A stretch of 64,000 nt of DNA from a candidate division FCPU426 bacterium (GCA_963796105.1 CAWCKJ010000004.1:224001-288000), one strand, 5' to 3'; positions 1 to 11,500 are shown, counted from the first letter of the stretch. A program made the numbers and translations. The notes: generated from the sequence alone by a model not told the origin.

Positions 1-551
1 TCCGCCGCCGGGAGATCCAATCCAAGGCTCATGAGCTTCAGGATCCGGCAGGGGCTGGTTCCCAGGTTGTGGAGCCGGGCCCGCCGGATAAGGATGTCCC
101 ATTCGGGATAGAGGGTGTAATAGAGGGTGAGTTCCTGCCACGCCGGCTCATCGGCCAGGGTGATGCAAAGCGTTTGGGCTTCGCCCTCTTTCTCCACGGT
201 GGAGGAGGGCAGGCCCGAAAATTCCGGCTTGCCCGGCAGGATCTCGTGGCGGAGGTAGGTGAATGAGCTTACGCGCGAACCATCCGCCTGCTCCAGCAGG
301 AAAGCGGGGGTCCGCAGGTCGTTGTGGCCGAAATCGGCGAATTCCCGGTTATAGGACTCGAAAGAGGCGTTGGAGCCTGTGACCGAGGTTTGGCCTCGCC
401 AATCCTGGAATAGCTTCTCAGTTTCCCCTTCCTTCAGCGGCTTGTCCCAATAGAGGTGGTGAAGGCCTCCCTGGGCCGGAAAGCCCAGGAGGTAGGAAAA
501 GCCCTTGGCTTCCAGCAGGAAAAGCTTTTTATCGGGGTCGAACGAGATCAT
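1..551 (-). CDS. Alpha-galactosidase GH36, N-terminal part (runs off the window edge)
   Basis: Manual translation from ATG at 551: MISFDPDKKLFLLEAKGFSYLLG...LHHLYW...EFADFGHNDLRTPAFLLEQADGSR...GKPEFSGLPS...LTLYYTLYPEWDILIR, typical of the GH36 N-terminal domain. Not in the ORF track. Confidence 0.8.
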   Translation of the reverse strand, partial: MISFDPDKKLFLLEAKGFSYLLGFPAQGGLHHLYWDKPLKEGETEKLFQDWRGQTSVTGSNASFESYNREFADFGHNDLRTPAFLLEQADGSRVSSFTYLRHEILPGKPEFSGLPSSTVEKEGEAQTLCITLADEPAWQELTLYYTLYPEWDILIRRARLHNLGTSPCRILKLMSLGLDLPAA

Positions 552-737
552 GGAAACCTTAACCAAAAAAATAAATACTAATTTTTCGCCACGGATGCAT
601 GGGATTCATGGGATTAAAGCCTTTCTTCCTCAGACTATCTGAGTGCATACCCCTGAATCGACAAAAAAAAATCCAGGGAACATACGCCAAGCCCTGTGCA
701 CTGCTGAAAGCAGCCTGTGGTGAAAGTTTTTTTATCC

Positions 738-2033
738 TTACGGTTTTCCAAAGTACTTCTTGTTGATCGCCGCGTTCAACTGCGGCACGGCCTCCTCGGG
801 AGTCTTGTTCCCCATCCAGACAGGGTCCATGCCAGGACCCACCTGGCCGTTCCAGATCTCGCTCCAGCCCTTGAGGAAGGGGGCGTAATGGGAGTTTTGG
901 GGCATTTCCAGGAGGATCTTCTTGTTGGCGGCTCCCGGGCTTTTCAGGAAGGCGTCCGACTGGGCCACCTTGACCAAGGCCGGCTGAAGCATGCCGGTTT
1001 GGGTCAATTGGGTCACCAGTTCCGCTCCCGCCAGTTCCTTGATCACTTCCCAGGCCTTATCCTTGTTCTTGCTTCCCTTCCACATGGCGCAGCCGGTCCC
1101 GCCGGTTCCCCAGCCCCGGGTCCCGTGAGGGCCCATGGGAAATTCCGTCACGTCGAAATCCAGGTCCTTTTTCTGGAGGAACCCCACCGTGTGCCAGACG
1201 CCCGAGCACATCATGGCCACCTGGCCGTTCATGAACATGTGCTCCGCGCCGTTGCCGAAATTGAAGTTCTGGATCTCGCTGTAGGTGGGCGACACATGGT
1301 AGGTGTAGCTCATGTCCCATCGGAACCGGTAGGCCTCCAGAACCTTGGAGGAATCCAGAGCCAGGCGGGTGGGATGGTCCTCGCTGTCCATGAAGTAGCC
1401 CCCGTTGCTAAACATGAAAATGTCCGCGTTGGTGCCGTAGGGGTCGGCGAAAGCCCACTGGGTGATCCTTCCCTTGGCGTCTTTCTTCACGAATTTCTTG
1501 CAGTAGGTCAGGAAGGGTTCGGGCCATTTCCACTCGGGAGTGGGATAGGGCACCCCGGCCTCGTCAAAAAGTTTCTTGTTGTAATAGAGAAGTCCAGTGG
1601 GGGCAATGTCGGTGGGGATAGCGTAAAGTCCGCCATCGGGGCTGTAGCGCTTCAGGGCCGAGGAGTAATAATCATTCGGGTCCATCTTGTCGGCCTGGAA
1701 AAAGGGCATCAGGTTCTCGAAAGCGCCTCGGGTGTACATGTCCGGGAAATTGCTGGCCTCCACACTGATCACATCCGGGGCGTCATTGGCGCCCATCTCC
1801 ATGGTGATCTTGTCCATGTAGGAGTTGTAGGGGATGTTTTCCACCTTGACCTTGAGGCCCGGATGGCGGCTCTCGATTCCCTTGATGGTATCGTTCAGGA
1901 TCTTGATGAGGATGGGGTCGGTCGTGAACACCGCCACCCGGACGGCTGACTCCTTGGGTTTGAGCAGGCATCCCGCCTGGAATAACAGCGTCAAGGCCAG
2001 GCATGCCGCCGCGAAATGGATTATGCGCCTCAT
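738..2033 (-). CDS. Sugar ABC transporter substrate-binding lipoprotein
   Basis: Lipobox-like FQAGC. SBP_bac_1-type motifs (APDVI, LYYNKKLFDEAG, FMNGQVAM, FDVTEFP). Start moved to MRRII. Confidence 0.9.
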   Translation of the reverse strand: MRRIIHFAAACLALTLLFQAGCLLKPKESAVRVAVFTTDPILIKILNDTIKGIESRHPGLKVKVENIPYNSYMDKITMEMGANDAPDVISVEASNFPDMYTRGAFENLMPFFQADKMDPNDYYSSALKRYSPDGGLYAIPTDIAPTGLLYYNKKLFDEAGVPYPTPEWKWPEPFLTYCKKFVKKDAKGRITQWAFADPYGTNADIFMFSNGGYFMDSEDHPTRLALDSSKVLEAYRFRWDMSYTYHVSPTYSEIQNFNFGNGAEHMFMNGQVAMMCSGVWHTVGFLQKKDLDFDVTEFPMGPHGTRGWGTGGTGCAMWKGSKNKDKAWEVIKELAGAELVTQLTQTGMLQPALVKVAQSDAFLKSPGAANKKILLEMPQNSHYAPFLKGWSEIWNGQVGPGMDPVWMGNKTPEEAVPQLNAAINKKYFGKP

Positions 2034-2215
2034 AATTCCCCTCCGATAAAAAGAATGATTGGACCGGAGGAAAGCATAACGAAGAAAGAGGACCTTTTCC
2101 CTAAAAATTTTCAAAACCCCTAACAGTTCTTGAAACAACCATGAAACTTTTGAACAAATTTTCACGGGTTATTTTGAAATCATGGGTGGGATAAAGAAAA
2201 ACAATGAAATCCAAT

Positions 2216-2250
2216 AAAAAAGCCCAGGGCCGGTACCAACCCTGGGCTTC
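2216..2250 (-). terminator. Rho-independent terminator
   Basis: AAGCCCAGGG/CCCTGGGCTT stem followed by a U-tract on the minus strand, just after the stop at 2268. Confidence 0.8.
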
Positions 2251-2267
2251 ACATCGGGATTTACCCG

Positions 2268-3953
2268 TCAATAAACTTGGATATTATCCAGCATCAGGTC
2301 GAAATTGCCGCCACCGGTGTAATGCCAAAGCAATTGTATGACATGCTGAGGATCAAATCCTGCTGAGGCCGTAAAGGGCTGCGAGAAATTCTGCCAGCTA
2401 TTGGTCAAAGTCACGTTCCAGGAACCTTCCGTTCCGCTTAAATTCGTGGTCCCAAAAGTCCAATTAGTGGCGCCCACACCCGCGGGTCCTTCCTTGCAAA
2501 GGAACTCAATGTTTGAATACTGGCCTCCCTGGGTCATGTCGAAAGGTGTCGTTACTCCCGCGCTGACTGAGGAAACCCCAAACCCGATATTTCCGCTTCC
2601 TGTGCCGGCATAATCAATGCACCAGGGGTCGGGATTACCTGAGGTGTCCGTGTTCATGGACCTGAAAAATGTCGCTCCCCAGGGATTGAATCCCGTCGCT
2701 ATGGAAGGACAGCTGTTCGAGGTGCCGTAAGTAAACCAATAATTAGGCGGGTATCCCAAGGGGCCCGAGATGGTGTTGGTGGCGTTCGGATATCCCGGGG
2801 GGAAACCCATCCCGCTGTCGATCATAGCGGTCGGCATAGGCGTGGGAGGGGCCGGATCGGCGTTTGAGACGAACTGGACCTGGTCCACCACGATATCGTA
2901 TTTGAACGGGTAATTGCCCGCGCACCAGGGCGACCAGACAATATCCTTCAGCGAGGAATAGTTTATAGCGGCCCCGGAGTTCAGCTGGTCGAAATAAATC
3001 GTGTATTGTTTCCAAGAATTGGTCAACGGAATCATAAGGTTCCCTTGATTGGTGATTGGAAAGGTAATCCAGTGCATGATGAACTGGCAGGGCATTGCGT
3101 TTCCGCAAATAGGGGCGCTGATATTACTGCCGGAGGTGTTTTTCGCGATGGCCCAAAAACTGATGCCAGTGTAATTCAAGGCGCCCGTCACGGGATAAGT
3201 GGGAGGTATCCCATAACCCGGTTGGTTGCAAAAATAAAAACCAAAACTCGCCGGGGAATTATCGGGGGGATCGCTTGAACTGCCGTTGATTTGTCCCGAG
3301 AACTCCATACCGTTTCCGGAGTACCCCGTAGCCAGGGCGAGTGGATTTTGCGTGTCCGCACCGCCCGGCCTGCTTAAACCGTCATCACCCACGAACCAAG
3401 TCCCGTCCCTTGTATTTCCGTTGGCGTCCATCATGAGAATGATCTGGCTGACAGGCACTCCCCCATTCTGCGTGCAGTCCATATCGGCGATCATGTCTGG
3501 ATTGGAGCACACAACAACGTTTACAGTTGGCGTGGGGGTATTAGTCAAGATTTGTGTAGGGCTGTTTGTGATGGTGAATGTCGAAGTAATCGTAGGTGAA
3601 AAGGTAGGAGTTAACGTCGCCGCAAAGTTTGATGTAGATGTTTGTGATGGGGTAGCTGTTAAAGTGGAAGTCAGTGTGTCCGTCGGGGATTGAGTCCCAG
3701 TCTCCGTATTCGTCGGCGTCGTTGTCACTGTGTTGGTCAAAGTGTGAGTACTGGTTGGAGTTCGCGTTGGGGTCGGAGTCGGGGTTACTGTCGAGGTGAA
3801 AGTGGCTGTTTGGATACTGGTATTGGTGGCGGTGGCGTTCGCGGAAGGCGACACCGGTGGAACCGAGAAATTTCTCGTGCATCCCACGAAAAGAACCCCG
3901 GTTACTGCCACGCCGAGAAATGTCCAGGTGATCCATTTTTTTCCGTTTTTCAT
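2268..3953 (-). CDS. Thr/Pro-rich lipoprotein with CBM11/CIA30-like beta-sandwich domains
   Basis: Signal ending FVGC-TRN and a long T-rich linker. Two domains with YTGISFWA...LTNSWKQYTIYF...DQVQF and LTNSWQNFSQPF...LDNIQVY patterns. Confidence 0.7.
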   Translation of the reverse strand: MKNGKKWITWTFLGVAVTGVLFVGCTRNFSVPPVSPSANATATNTSIQTATFTSTVTPTPTPTRTPTSTHTLTNTVTTTPTNTETGTQSPTDTLTSTLTATPSQTSTSNFAATLTPTFSPTITSTFTITNSPTQILTNTPTPTVNVVVCSNPDMIADMDCTQNGGVPVSQIILMMDANGNTRDGTWFVGDDGLSRPGGADTQNPLALATGYSGNGMEFSGQINGSSSDPPDNSPASFGFYFCNQPGYGIPPTYPVTGALNYTGISFWAIAKNTSGSNISAPICGNAMPCQFIMHWITFPITNQGNLMIPLTNSWKQYTIYFDQLNSGAAINYSSLKDIVWSPWCAGNYPFKYDIVVDQVQFVSNADPAPPTPMPTAMIDSGMGFPPGYPNATNTISGPLGYPPNYWFTYGTSNSCPSIATGFNPWGATFFRSMNTDTSGNPDPWCIDYAGTGSGNIGFGVSSVSAGVTTPFDMTQGGQYSNIEFLCKEGPAGVGATNWTFGTTNLSGTEGSWNVTLTNSWQNFSQPFTASAGFDPQHVIQLLWHYTGGGNFDLMLDNIQVY

Positions 3954-4048
3954 TTTTCCCTCGTCCTATTGATTCCGGAAGGCCTAAGTCTTTAATTCGA
4001 CGTTAGCCGTCCTAGATTTAAAAACAATCTTTAATTAAGAGAACCTTT

Positions 4049-4062
4049 AAATGATACCACAA
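4049..4062 (-). promoter_or_regulatory. Conserved extended -10-like motif TTGTGGTATCATTT upstream of lipoprotein 1
   Basis: Identical 14-mer also at 7885-7898 and 12584-12597, each upstream of a paralog. Contains TG-N-TATCAT. Confidence 0.65.
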
Positions 4063-4169
4063 GGCCGATATCCATTTTAGGGAGAAAACCCCACCTGGGG
4101 CGGGTCTTTCGGCAGGATTTCGGCCAACCAAGGGCCTTTTGTCCCGGCCCCCTATCGCGCACGGCACGC

Positions 4170-4206
4170 TAAAAAAAAGGCGGTCCGCCTGAAAGCGGAC
4201 CGCCTT
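4170..4206 (-). terminator. Rho-independent terminator
   Basis: AAGGCGGTCCGC-loop-GCGGACCGCCTT with an A-run on + (U-tract on -), after the stop at 4226. Confidence 0.85.
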
Positions 4207-4225
4207 CGTCAATCGGGACTACTTC

Positions 4226-7200
4226 TTAATAAAGCTGAACATTGTCAATCACAAAGTCCCCGGGCACCGAGCCTCCTAAATTCACCTCAATGCCAACTGT
4301 CGTTACATTCGTATTATCCGTCGCCCAGGTGCCGCCGGATGGCGCAAAAGTCAACGCGTTCCAGCCATTATAAGGGTAGGTCCCCGCGGGGTTGTTAATC
4401 CAGGTATTTTGCGGGCTGGTCGCGCCCAAACCATAGGTCCCCCCATAGGCTTTGCCGTTAGCTTTTACGTATAAGCCTGTGAACACATTCGTATTTCCTG
4501 TCCAAAGGTCGGAATTAAACCAAGCCTGGCAACTGACGCCCGTAAGATTATATAACTGGAAATTGATCGGCAATGTGGCCGTGGCACCAGAAGGACCGCT
4601 GTTCACTTCGGCCTGGACATCATTTTCATTGCCAGCCATCACTATATCCAAACCATAGGTACTGGTATCGGTTGTTCCGCCAAAAGTGGTTATATTTGTC
4701 ACCGCCACGGAATCATCCGAGGGATAAGCGACATACCAGCCATCTATTGCATTATCCTCAAACGTCCACACCTCGCCCGTTACCGCGATAGGCGTATTAG
4801 TAGGCGTGGCGGTGGGCGCTCCGAGCACTGGTGTGTCGGTGGAGGTTGGCGTCATTGTGGGCGTCGGGGTCGGCAAGTAGGTAATCGTAACATCATCGAT
4901 ATAGATGTTCCCCGAGGCGCCAGGCGGCACCTGACCTAACTGCAAACCAATGGCGGTGATGTTGGTGGGGTCATCCCCCTGCGCGCCTACCGTGTAGGTA
5001 ATTTGAACCCAACGAGCGTCATCGGTACCCTGGTTCATCTCATGCCAGACGTTTTTGAAACCCGCGCTTCCATTATCAAAGGGTTGAATGTTCGTCTGCC
5101 AGGCGTTTGGGTTCACCAGGCTCGTATCCACCCAAACCCACATGGTAATGAGGGCATTGGAAAGGTTTTGAGCGGTCGCATAATTCAGGGTGATATTAAA
5201 GTTCTCCGCCGCGGTCGCGCTAGTGTTGTGGATAGTCGTAAAGTAAGAACTCGTGCCTCCATGGTATTCCAAAGTGGAAAGACCGTAAGAGAGAATATCT
5301 CCCGCCGGCGCACCGTTGGCTGGTTCTGTGTCCCAGCAATCCGTCGAGGTCTCAAACGTGTATGTCGTCTGGATGCTCGGCGCAGAGCATGATACAGGTG
5401 TCGTTGCTGTTTGAGTGGGCGTGCTGGTGTTTGCCCCGCCTGATGTGGCCGTGGCTGTCGGCGTGTTTGTGGCTATTGGGAAGGTAATCTGAACGTTGTC
5501 GATGTAAACATTACCCGACGCTCCCGGACCCACATTCTGCACCTGCAAGCCAAATTGATTCATGGAAGTACCGCCAGCGCCGATTGTCACGCTCAAGTTG
5601 TACCAAGTGTTGGTAGGAATTACTGGCCCCAAGGCGGTCCAGTTATCAGTCCAAGGGTCTTGGGCGAAAGGATCAAGGGCCGTGGTCCAATCAGGCAGTG
5701 TCTTCAAAGAAGCGTCAACATAAACCCACATGGAGATAATCGCTCCCGCCAAGTTTTGGCTAGATGCGTAGGTAACCTCCACCTGGGCGTTTTGGTTTGT
5801 CGAACCACTGTTATTGATGGAAACAGCCAGTGAATTCGTGGAACCGGTGTAAACCTGGGCTGTTGAAAGTGAAATGTTCTGAACGATGGGAGAACCAGCA
5901 TCCGCATGCCAGCAATCAGTGCTGGTCGCGAATGTATAGGTCATTTGGATGGTGGCTGGGTTGCAGATGGTGGCCGTGGGTGTAGGTGTTACTGTTGCGG
6001 TAGGCGTGCTGGTGGGCGCGGGCGGCACTTGGACGACCAAGCGGTAATCCCCGCTTGGCTCATCCAGCCAGTTGTCGATAACCACTACTGTATATTGTTG
6101 TACAGTCAAGTCCACTACCAATTGGTCCAAGGGATCATTTCCGTTTGATGTCGCAATCAAATTATTGCCTGAATCCCAAAGGGTGTACTGCACTTGAACC
6201 TTGTTTGTCGTGTCATCGAAACAGTCCAGTGAGATCGTGCAGGGGCCAGCTGTTGCCGGCGTGAAGGTCCAGGTATTCGTTTCCTCGAAATTCACATCCA
6301 CATGGCCCGTCCCGACAGCATCCACCGTCACGGTCCCCAAGTCGGTGGTTCCGCTCGGGCTTCCCAATGGAATCGGCGCCGCTACGGGCGTCAAAGAGCA
6401 AGTGGGATTGAAGGTACTTAAGCACAAGTTGTAGGCTCCATAATTTCCAGTCCCAACGCCATCAACGATAATGTAATAAATCCCTGGTTGAAGAACCCCC
6501 GTCACAAATGAGGGAGCACCATCGCCACAGGAAGCAGAAGTTTGATCAAAATTGATTGTCGTGGAGGGATCAGACGGATTGGTCCGAAGGTAAAGCACCG
6601 GACTCCAGCTGGCAGCCCCGCAGAGACTGATATAGAGGTTGGTAGGTTGGTTTAAGTTGATTAGATAGGCGGAGTCTGGCGCGCCTTGCCCATAGGTGGT
6701 GGCTCCTATCGTCTCGTTATAAGTATCGACGCCTCCGGTGGTATCACCCGTTGTACATGTTCCGTCGATGCTGGAAGTGATATCCGTGATTCCGGGAACA
6801 GGCGTGGAGGTCCAAGTAGGAGTGTCAGTGCTGGTTGGAGACCAAGTTTGCGTGGGAGTGTTGGTCGAAGTTGGAGTGCTGGTCAAGGTCGGAGTGTTAG
6901 TGGGTGTAGCGGCATAGGTGATCTGCACATCGTCGATGTAAATGTTCCCCGAGACACCGGCCGGCAAATTCCCCAACTGCAAACCAATGGCCGTAATGTT
7001 GGTTGGATCATCCCCTTGCGCGCCTACCGTGTAGGTAATCTGCTCCCAACGAGCGTCATCCGTGCCTTGGTTCATCTCATGCCAGACATTCTTGAACCCG
7101 TTGCTACCATTATCAAAGGGTTGAATGTTCGTTTGCCATGCGGTCGGATTAACCAGGCTCGTATCCACCCAAACATACATGGTGATTGTGGCATTGGTAA

Positions 7201-7837
7201 GATTTTGGGGCGTCGCGTAGTTGAGGGTTAAGTTGATGTTCGCCGCCGCGCCGGAAGTGTTATTGATAGTCGCGTAAAAGGAACTGTTCCCGCCATGGTG
7301 TTCCAAAGTGGATAGACCATAAGCGGTGATGATGCTCGCCGGTGCGCCGTTGGCCGGAACAGGAATCCAACAGTCGGTAGAAGTCTCGAATGTGTAGGTC
7401 GTCTGCACGCTTGCCGCCGAACAGGTTGTTAGCGTGAGGGTGGGCGTAGCTGTCGCGACTGAAGTGGTGGTGGATGTGGGAGTGCTTGTTCTGGTTTGAG
7501 TCGGGGTATTTGTAGCGGACGAGGTCCCAGTCGTCGTGTTTGTCGGCGTCGAGGTCACTGTGTTGGTGGATGTAAAAACACCAGTCCACGTACTTGTTGG
7601 GGTGTTAGTCAATGTGGGTGTCGCGGTCGGGGTGGGTGTTAAAGTCAGTGTCGGGGTAATAGTCGGCGTGGGAGTATTGGGATTCGCACTGGTCGGAGTT
7701 GGGCTTAAAGTGGCCGTCACTAGGACGATCGGGGAAGAGGGTGAGACCGTCATGTTTCTCGTGCATCCTACGATCATGGCGCCAGCAGAAGCCGCGGCCA
7801 AGATTATTAACCCAATCCATCTTTGTGCGTTTTTCAT
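4226..7837 (-). CDS. Large modular Thr-rich lipoprotein with repeated CBM-like and PPC-like domains
   Basis: Signal ending IVGC-TRN. Near-duplicate ~170 aa domain (TYTFETSTDCW...NIYIDDV) plus more diverged copies. A PPC-like module (LQPGIYYIIVDG...GAYNL). T/P linkers. Confidence 0.75.
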   Translation of the reverse strand: MKNAQRWIGLIILAAASAGAMIVGCTRNMTVSPSSPIVLVTATLSPTPTSANPNTPTPTITPTLTLTPTPTATPTLTNTPTSTWTGVFTSTNTVTSTPTNTTTGTSSATNTPTQTRTSTPTSTTTSVATATPTLTLTTCSAASVQTTYTFETSTDCWIPVPANGAPASIITAYGLSTLEHHGGNSSFYATINNTSGAAANINLTLNYATPQNLTNATITMYVWVDTSLVNPTAWQTNIQPFDNGSNGFKNVWHEMNQGTDDARWEQITYTVGAQGDDPTNITAIGLQLGNLPAGVSGNIYIDDVQITYAATPTNTPTLTSTPTSTNTPTQTWSPTSTDTPTWTSTPVPGITDITSSIDGTCTTGDTTGGVDTYNETIGATTYGQGAPDSAYLINLNQPTNLYISLCGAASWSPVLYLRTNPSDPSTTINFDQTSASCGDGAPSFVTGVLQPGIYYIIVDGVGTGNYGAYNLCLSTFNPTCSLTPVAAPIPLGSPSGTTDLGTVTVDAVGTGHVDVNFEETNTWTFTPATAGPCTISLDCFDDTTNKVQVQYTLWDSGNNLIATSNGNDPLDQLVVDLTVQQYTVVVIDNWLDEPSGDYRLVVQVPPAPTSTPTATVTPTPTATICNPATIQMTYTFATSTDCWHADAGSPIVQNISLSTAQVYTGSTNSLAVSINNSGSTNQNAQVEVTYASSQNLAGAIISMWVYVDASLKTLPDWTTALDPFAQDPWTDNWTALGPVIPTNTWYNLSVTIGAGGTSMNQFGLQVQNVGPGASGNVYIDNVQITFPIATNTPTATATSGGANTSTPTQTATTPVSCSAPSIQTTYTFETSTDCWDTEPANGAPAGDILSYGLSTLEYHGGTSSYFTTIHNTSATAAENFNITLNYATAQNLSNALITMWVWVDTSLVNPNAWQTNIQPFDNGSAGFKNVWHEMNQGTDDARWVQITYTVGAQGDDPTNITAIGLQLGQVPPGASGNIYIDDVTITYLPTPTPTMTPTSTDTPVLGAPTATPTNTPIAVTGEVWTFEDNAIDGWYVAYPSDDSVAVTNITTFGGTTDTSTYGLDIVMAGNENDVQAEVNSGPSGATATLPINFQLYNLTGVSCQAWFNSDLWTGNTNVFTGLYVKANGKAYGGTYGLGATSPQNTWINNPAGTYPYNGWNALTFAPSGGTWATDNTNVTTVGIEVNLGGSVPGDFVIDNVQLY

Positions 7838-7884
7838 TTTTCCCTCTGGAATTTAAAAAAATTAAGGATGACCGCGAAACCGTA

Positions 7885-7898
7885 AAATGATACCACAA
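7885..7898 (-). promoter_or_regulatory. Conserved extended -10-like motif upstream of lipoprotein 2
   Basis: Identical to the 14-mer at 4049 and 12584. Confidence 0.65.
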
Positions 7899-8242
7899 GC
7901 CCGCAATGCGCTTAATAAAGAAAAAGGCTCGGGATGACTCAAATCATATTCCCTGAAAGCCCTTTTCAATGCCTGCGGTTATGCTAAAAAATCATGGTAA
8001 ATTTGCGCAAAAACATCAATTCAAACCCCTTGAATTCAAGCCTTTCAAATGTTTTTGTATTATCAGGAAAGGGATTAAACTCTCATTTCATCCCAGCCAT
8101 TAAAAATGCCTGAAAAACAAGGAAACTTGGTGATTTTCGTTTCTATTCTTATAGATGGATTGCATGGGGTTTTATTCCATAAGAAAATTTTGAGGAAATA
8201 CCTGCAACCATTTAATGCTTTTGAGTAAATATGGCCTAACAA

Positions 8243-8273
8243 TAAAAAACGGCCCGGCTGAAAGCCGGGCCGC
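8243..8273 (-). terminator. Rho-independent terminator
   Basis: CGGCCCGGC-TGAAA-GCCGGGCCG stem with a U-tract on the minus strand. Confidence 0.8.
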
Positions 8274-8304
8274 GAGAAATATTCCGTACTGGTATAAGTG
8301 TTGC

Positions 8305-8517
8305 CTATTTCTTCTGTTTTTTCTTTTTGTATTTGGTCCAGGGATTGGGCTTGCCTGATTTATCGGTTGCCCCGAATTTGAACTTGGGATGCGGCCGATT
8401 CAATTTCCCGGCTTTTTTTTGGGAGTAAAACTTGGAATCCTTCGCATCAGGCAAAGCCAAGCTCGATGAAGCCGCAAGGAAAACGCTGGCCAAAACCAAG
8501 AGCATAAATTTTTTCAT
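8305..8517 (-). CDS. Small secreted, strongly basic protein
   Basis: RBS GGAGG before MKKFMLLVLASVFLAASSSLA (signal peptide), then a Lys-rich mature part. Confidence 0.65.
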   Translation of the reverse strand: MKKFMLLVLASVFLAASSSLALPDAKDSKFYSQKKAGKLNRPHPKFKFGATDKSGKPNPWTKYKKKKQKK

Positions 8518-8571
8518 GAAAACCTCCCTCAATCCAAAGATGATTTTTTCAACCGTAAATCCATTCATTGA

Positions 8572-11500
8572 TTATTGGAAATTACCCACCCCGTTTTGAA
8601 TCACACCGATGATTTGCCATTGATTCATGGTCACATACAAACTGCCCGAAGGATCAAAAGCGATGTAATAGGGATATTGGAATCCGCCGGGGCTAACAGC
8701 CTGCAGGAAATTACCGGAAGTATCCGTATTATCCAAGACGGCATTTCCAAAGTCGCAAATGATCAGGTTTCCCGCCTGATCCACCCCGATACCGGTTGGG
8801 GCAGTCAATGGCGTCGGCCATGAGGATCCATTGAAAGAGTTTTGTACCGTCAAAGTCGCGGTGTCGTACTGGTAAACCCAGTCGTTCACCGGATCAGTAG
8901 CGTAAACATTAGTCCCGGTTGAATCCACCGCCACTCCCATCGGCACCAAGCCGCCGGTGTTAGAACAGAGGGTGGTCAAGGTATCGGTTGTTGGGTCGAT
9001 TTTGGCGACGTAACCGCCTTGATAGTCAGCGACATACAGATTCCCCGACCCATCCAATTTGACGTCATAGGGCGCTTGAATATAAGTCACTGAATTGTTG
9101 TTGGAACCCCAGAACATATTTTCCAAAGCGCCTGTGGAGGTATTAAACTCCATAATTTCCCCATTCCCATTTCCGTAATCCGCCGCGAAAAGATTTCCGT
9201 TGTTATCCACGGCCAATCCGAGGGGCGTTGGCGAGTTCCCCCAAGGATTGGGATTGGGCGGCGTAATATCATAAAGATAATCGCCGTTAAAGTCGTATAC
9301 GTGGATAAGGCCGTAACATGGGTCGGAAGTGTAAACATTTCCATTGTTGTCCACCGCCACACCCACAGGACAAGACGCGTTGAAAGACCAAATGCTGTTG
9401 TTGGTAATAATAGGCGTAGGGGTGGGAGTCGGCGGGCAGACACTGTAAACAAAACGCACGTTGTCGATATAGAGGTTCCCTGTTCCGGAACCATCGGTGT
9501 TGAAAATCAAAAGGAGGTCGGTGACTTGGGCCGGGGCACCGCTCACGGTAAAGGTCACGGTTTGAGAACCCGCTGTGATATCTATATTTCCCGTGATTGG
9601 CGTCCACGAGCTGGGATTCGCGATAAGAGCTAGTTGGTTATATGCCCCCGCACCCGTTTGAATCAAATTCGAATCCACCGTTACGTCCATTAAAATTTGG
9701 GTCACATTGGTGAAATCACTCTGGGTAAACCCACTCCAGTCCACCAATTGGTTCGAATTATTATTAACCGTGATATCAATATCCAGGGCATTAATACCGT
9801 CTGTTGCGCCAGTAGTGGTTTGAGAAAGGGTTGGATTGTCTGAATCTGGGGCTAAGCTCCCATTTTCAGTGGTGTAAGGATTCGTTCCCGTGAAAGTCTC
9901 GAAGCTGTTTACCAGTTGAGTGCATGCGCCCGCGGGCACCGTCGGGGTGAAGGTCAAGGGCGGTGTCACCGTCAAAACCGGCGGTTTATTGGGTGTCGAT
10001 GTGGAAGTCACCGTGGGCGTCGCGGTTGCCGCAGGCGCAGTGATGACCAAGCGGTAATCCCCGCTCGGCTCATCCAACCAGTTGTCGATGACCACCACCG
10101 TGTATTGTTGAACAGTCAAGTCCACCGCCAATTGGTCCAAGGGATCGTTCCCATTCGAGGTCGCGATCAAATTATTGCCCGCGTCCCAAAGGGTGTATTG
10201 AGCTTGAACCTTATTCGTCGTGTCATCGAAACAGTCCAGCGAGATCACGTAGGATCCCGCCGTCCCCGGGGTGAAGGTCCATGTGTTTGTTTCCTCGAAA
10301 TTCACGTCCACATGGCCCGTCCCGACGGCGTCCACCGTCACAGTCCCCAAGTCCGTCGAGCCGCTGGGGCTTCCCAAGGGAATGGGAGCCGCCACGGGTG
10401 TCAGGGAGCAAGTGGGGCTGTAAGTACTCAGGCACAAGTTATAGGCTCCAAAATTACCCGCCCCAGTGCCATCCACGATGATGTAATAAATCCCAGGTTG
10501 AAGGACTCCTGTCACAAATGATGGTGAACCATCGCCACAGGAAGCGGAAGTTTGGTCGAAATTGATGGTGGTGGAGGGATCAGCCGGATTGGTCCTCATA
10601 TAAAGCACCGAACCCCAATTGGCCCCGCAGAGACTGATATAAAGGTTGGTGGGTTGGGTCAAGTTGATCAAGTAAGCGGTGTCGGGCGCTCCCTGCCCGT
10701 ATGTGTCAGCGCCTATCGTTTCGCTGTAGGTGTCTCCAAGTCCGGTGGTATCTCCCGATACGCAGGTCCCGTCGATGCTGGAAGTGATATCCGTGATTCC
10801 TGGAACCGGCGTTTCGGTCACAGTCGGGGTATTCGTGGCTTGGGCCGGGGCTTGGATAACAAGCCTATAATCCCCGCTCGGGGCCCCTTGCGAGAAAGCG
10901 TAAACCACCACGGTGTATTGCTGTTGCGTCAGGTCCACCGTCAATTGATCCAAGGGCGTGTTCCCGTTTGAGCTTGCCACCTGATTACTTCCCGAATCGA
11001 AAAGGTCGTAAGCGACTCTCGCCTTGCCCGAGTCGTTCCCGTCGTCGAAGCAATCCAGTGAGATCACATAGGAACCCGCCGCCGCCGGGGTGAAGGTCCA
11101 GCTGTTGTTGTACTCGAAATCCCAATCCACGTGGCCGGTTCCTACCGCGTCAACTGACACCGTTCCCAAGTCGGTGGTTCCGCTCGGGCTTCCCAGAGCG
11201 ATGGGCGCCGCAATCGGGGTTAAGGAGCAAGTGGGATTGAAAGTATTAAGGCAAAGCGTGAAGGGTCCATAGTCGCCTGGCCCGTAACCATCGACAATCA
11301 CGTAATAAGTGCCGGGTTGAAGAATCCCGGTCACAAAAGAGGAAGAGCCGGGAGGATTTGTTTTTTGGCAGTAATCAGAATCATCGTCCAGGGCCAGCGT
11401 GGTATTGGGGTCGGAGGGATTGGTTCGCAGGTATAACACGGAATCGAAAGTCGCCCCGCAAAGGTTGATGAAGAGGTTCGTGGGCTGGGTAAGATTGAAT

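Noticed and set aside
717..1949. Long antisense or overlapping ORFs (also 14147-15544, 24331-25575, 42084-43052, 58791-60119)
   Set aside because: Shadow frames of GC-rich genes that have clear family motifs on the other strand.
4880..10810. Diversity-generating retroelement TR/VR explanation for the duplicated domains
   Set aside because: No reverse transcriptase in the window. The repeats are whole in-frame domains and the differences do not look adenine-specific.
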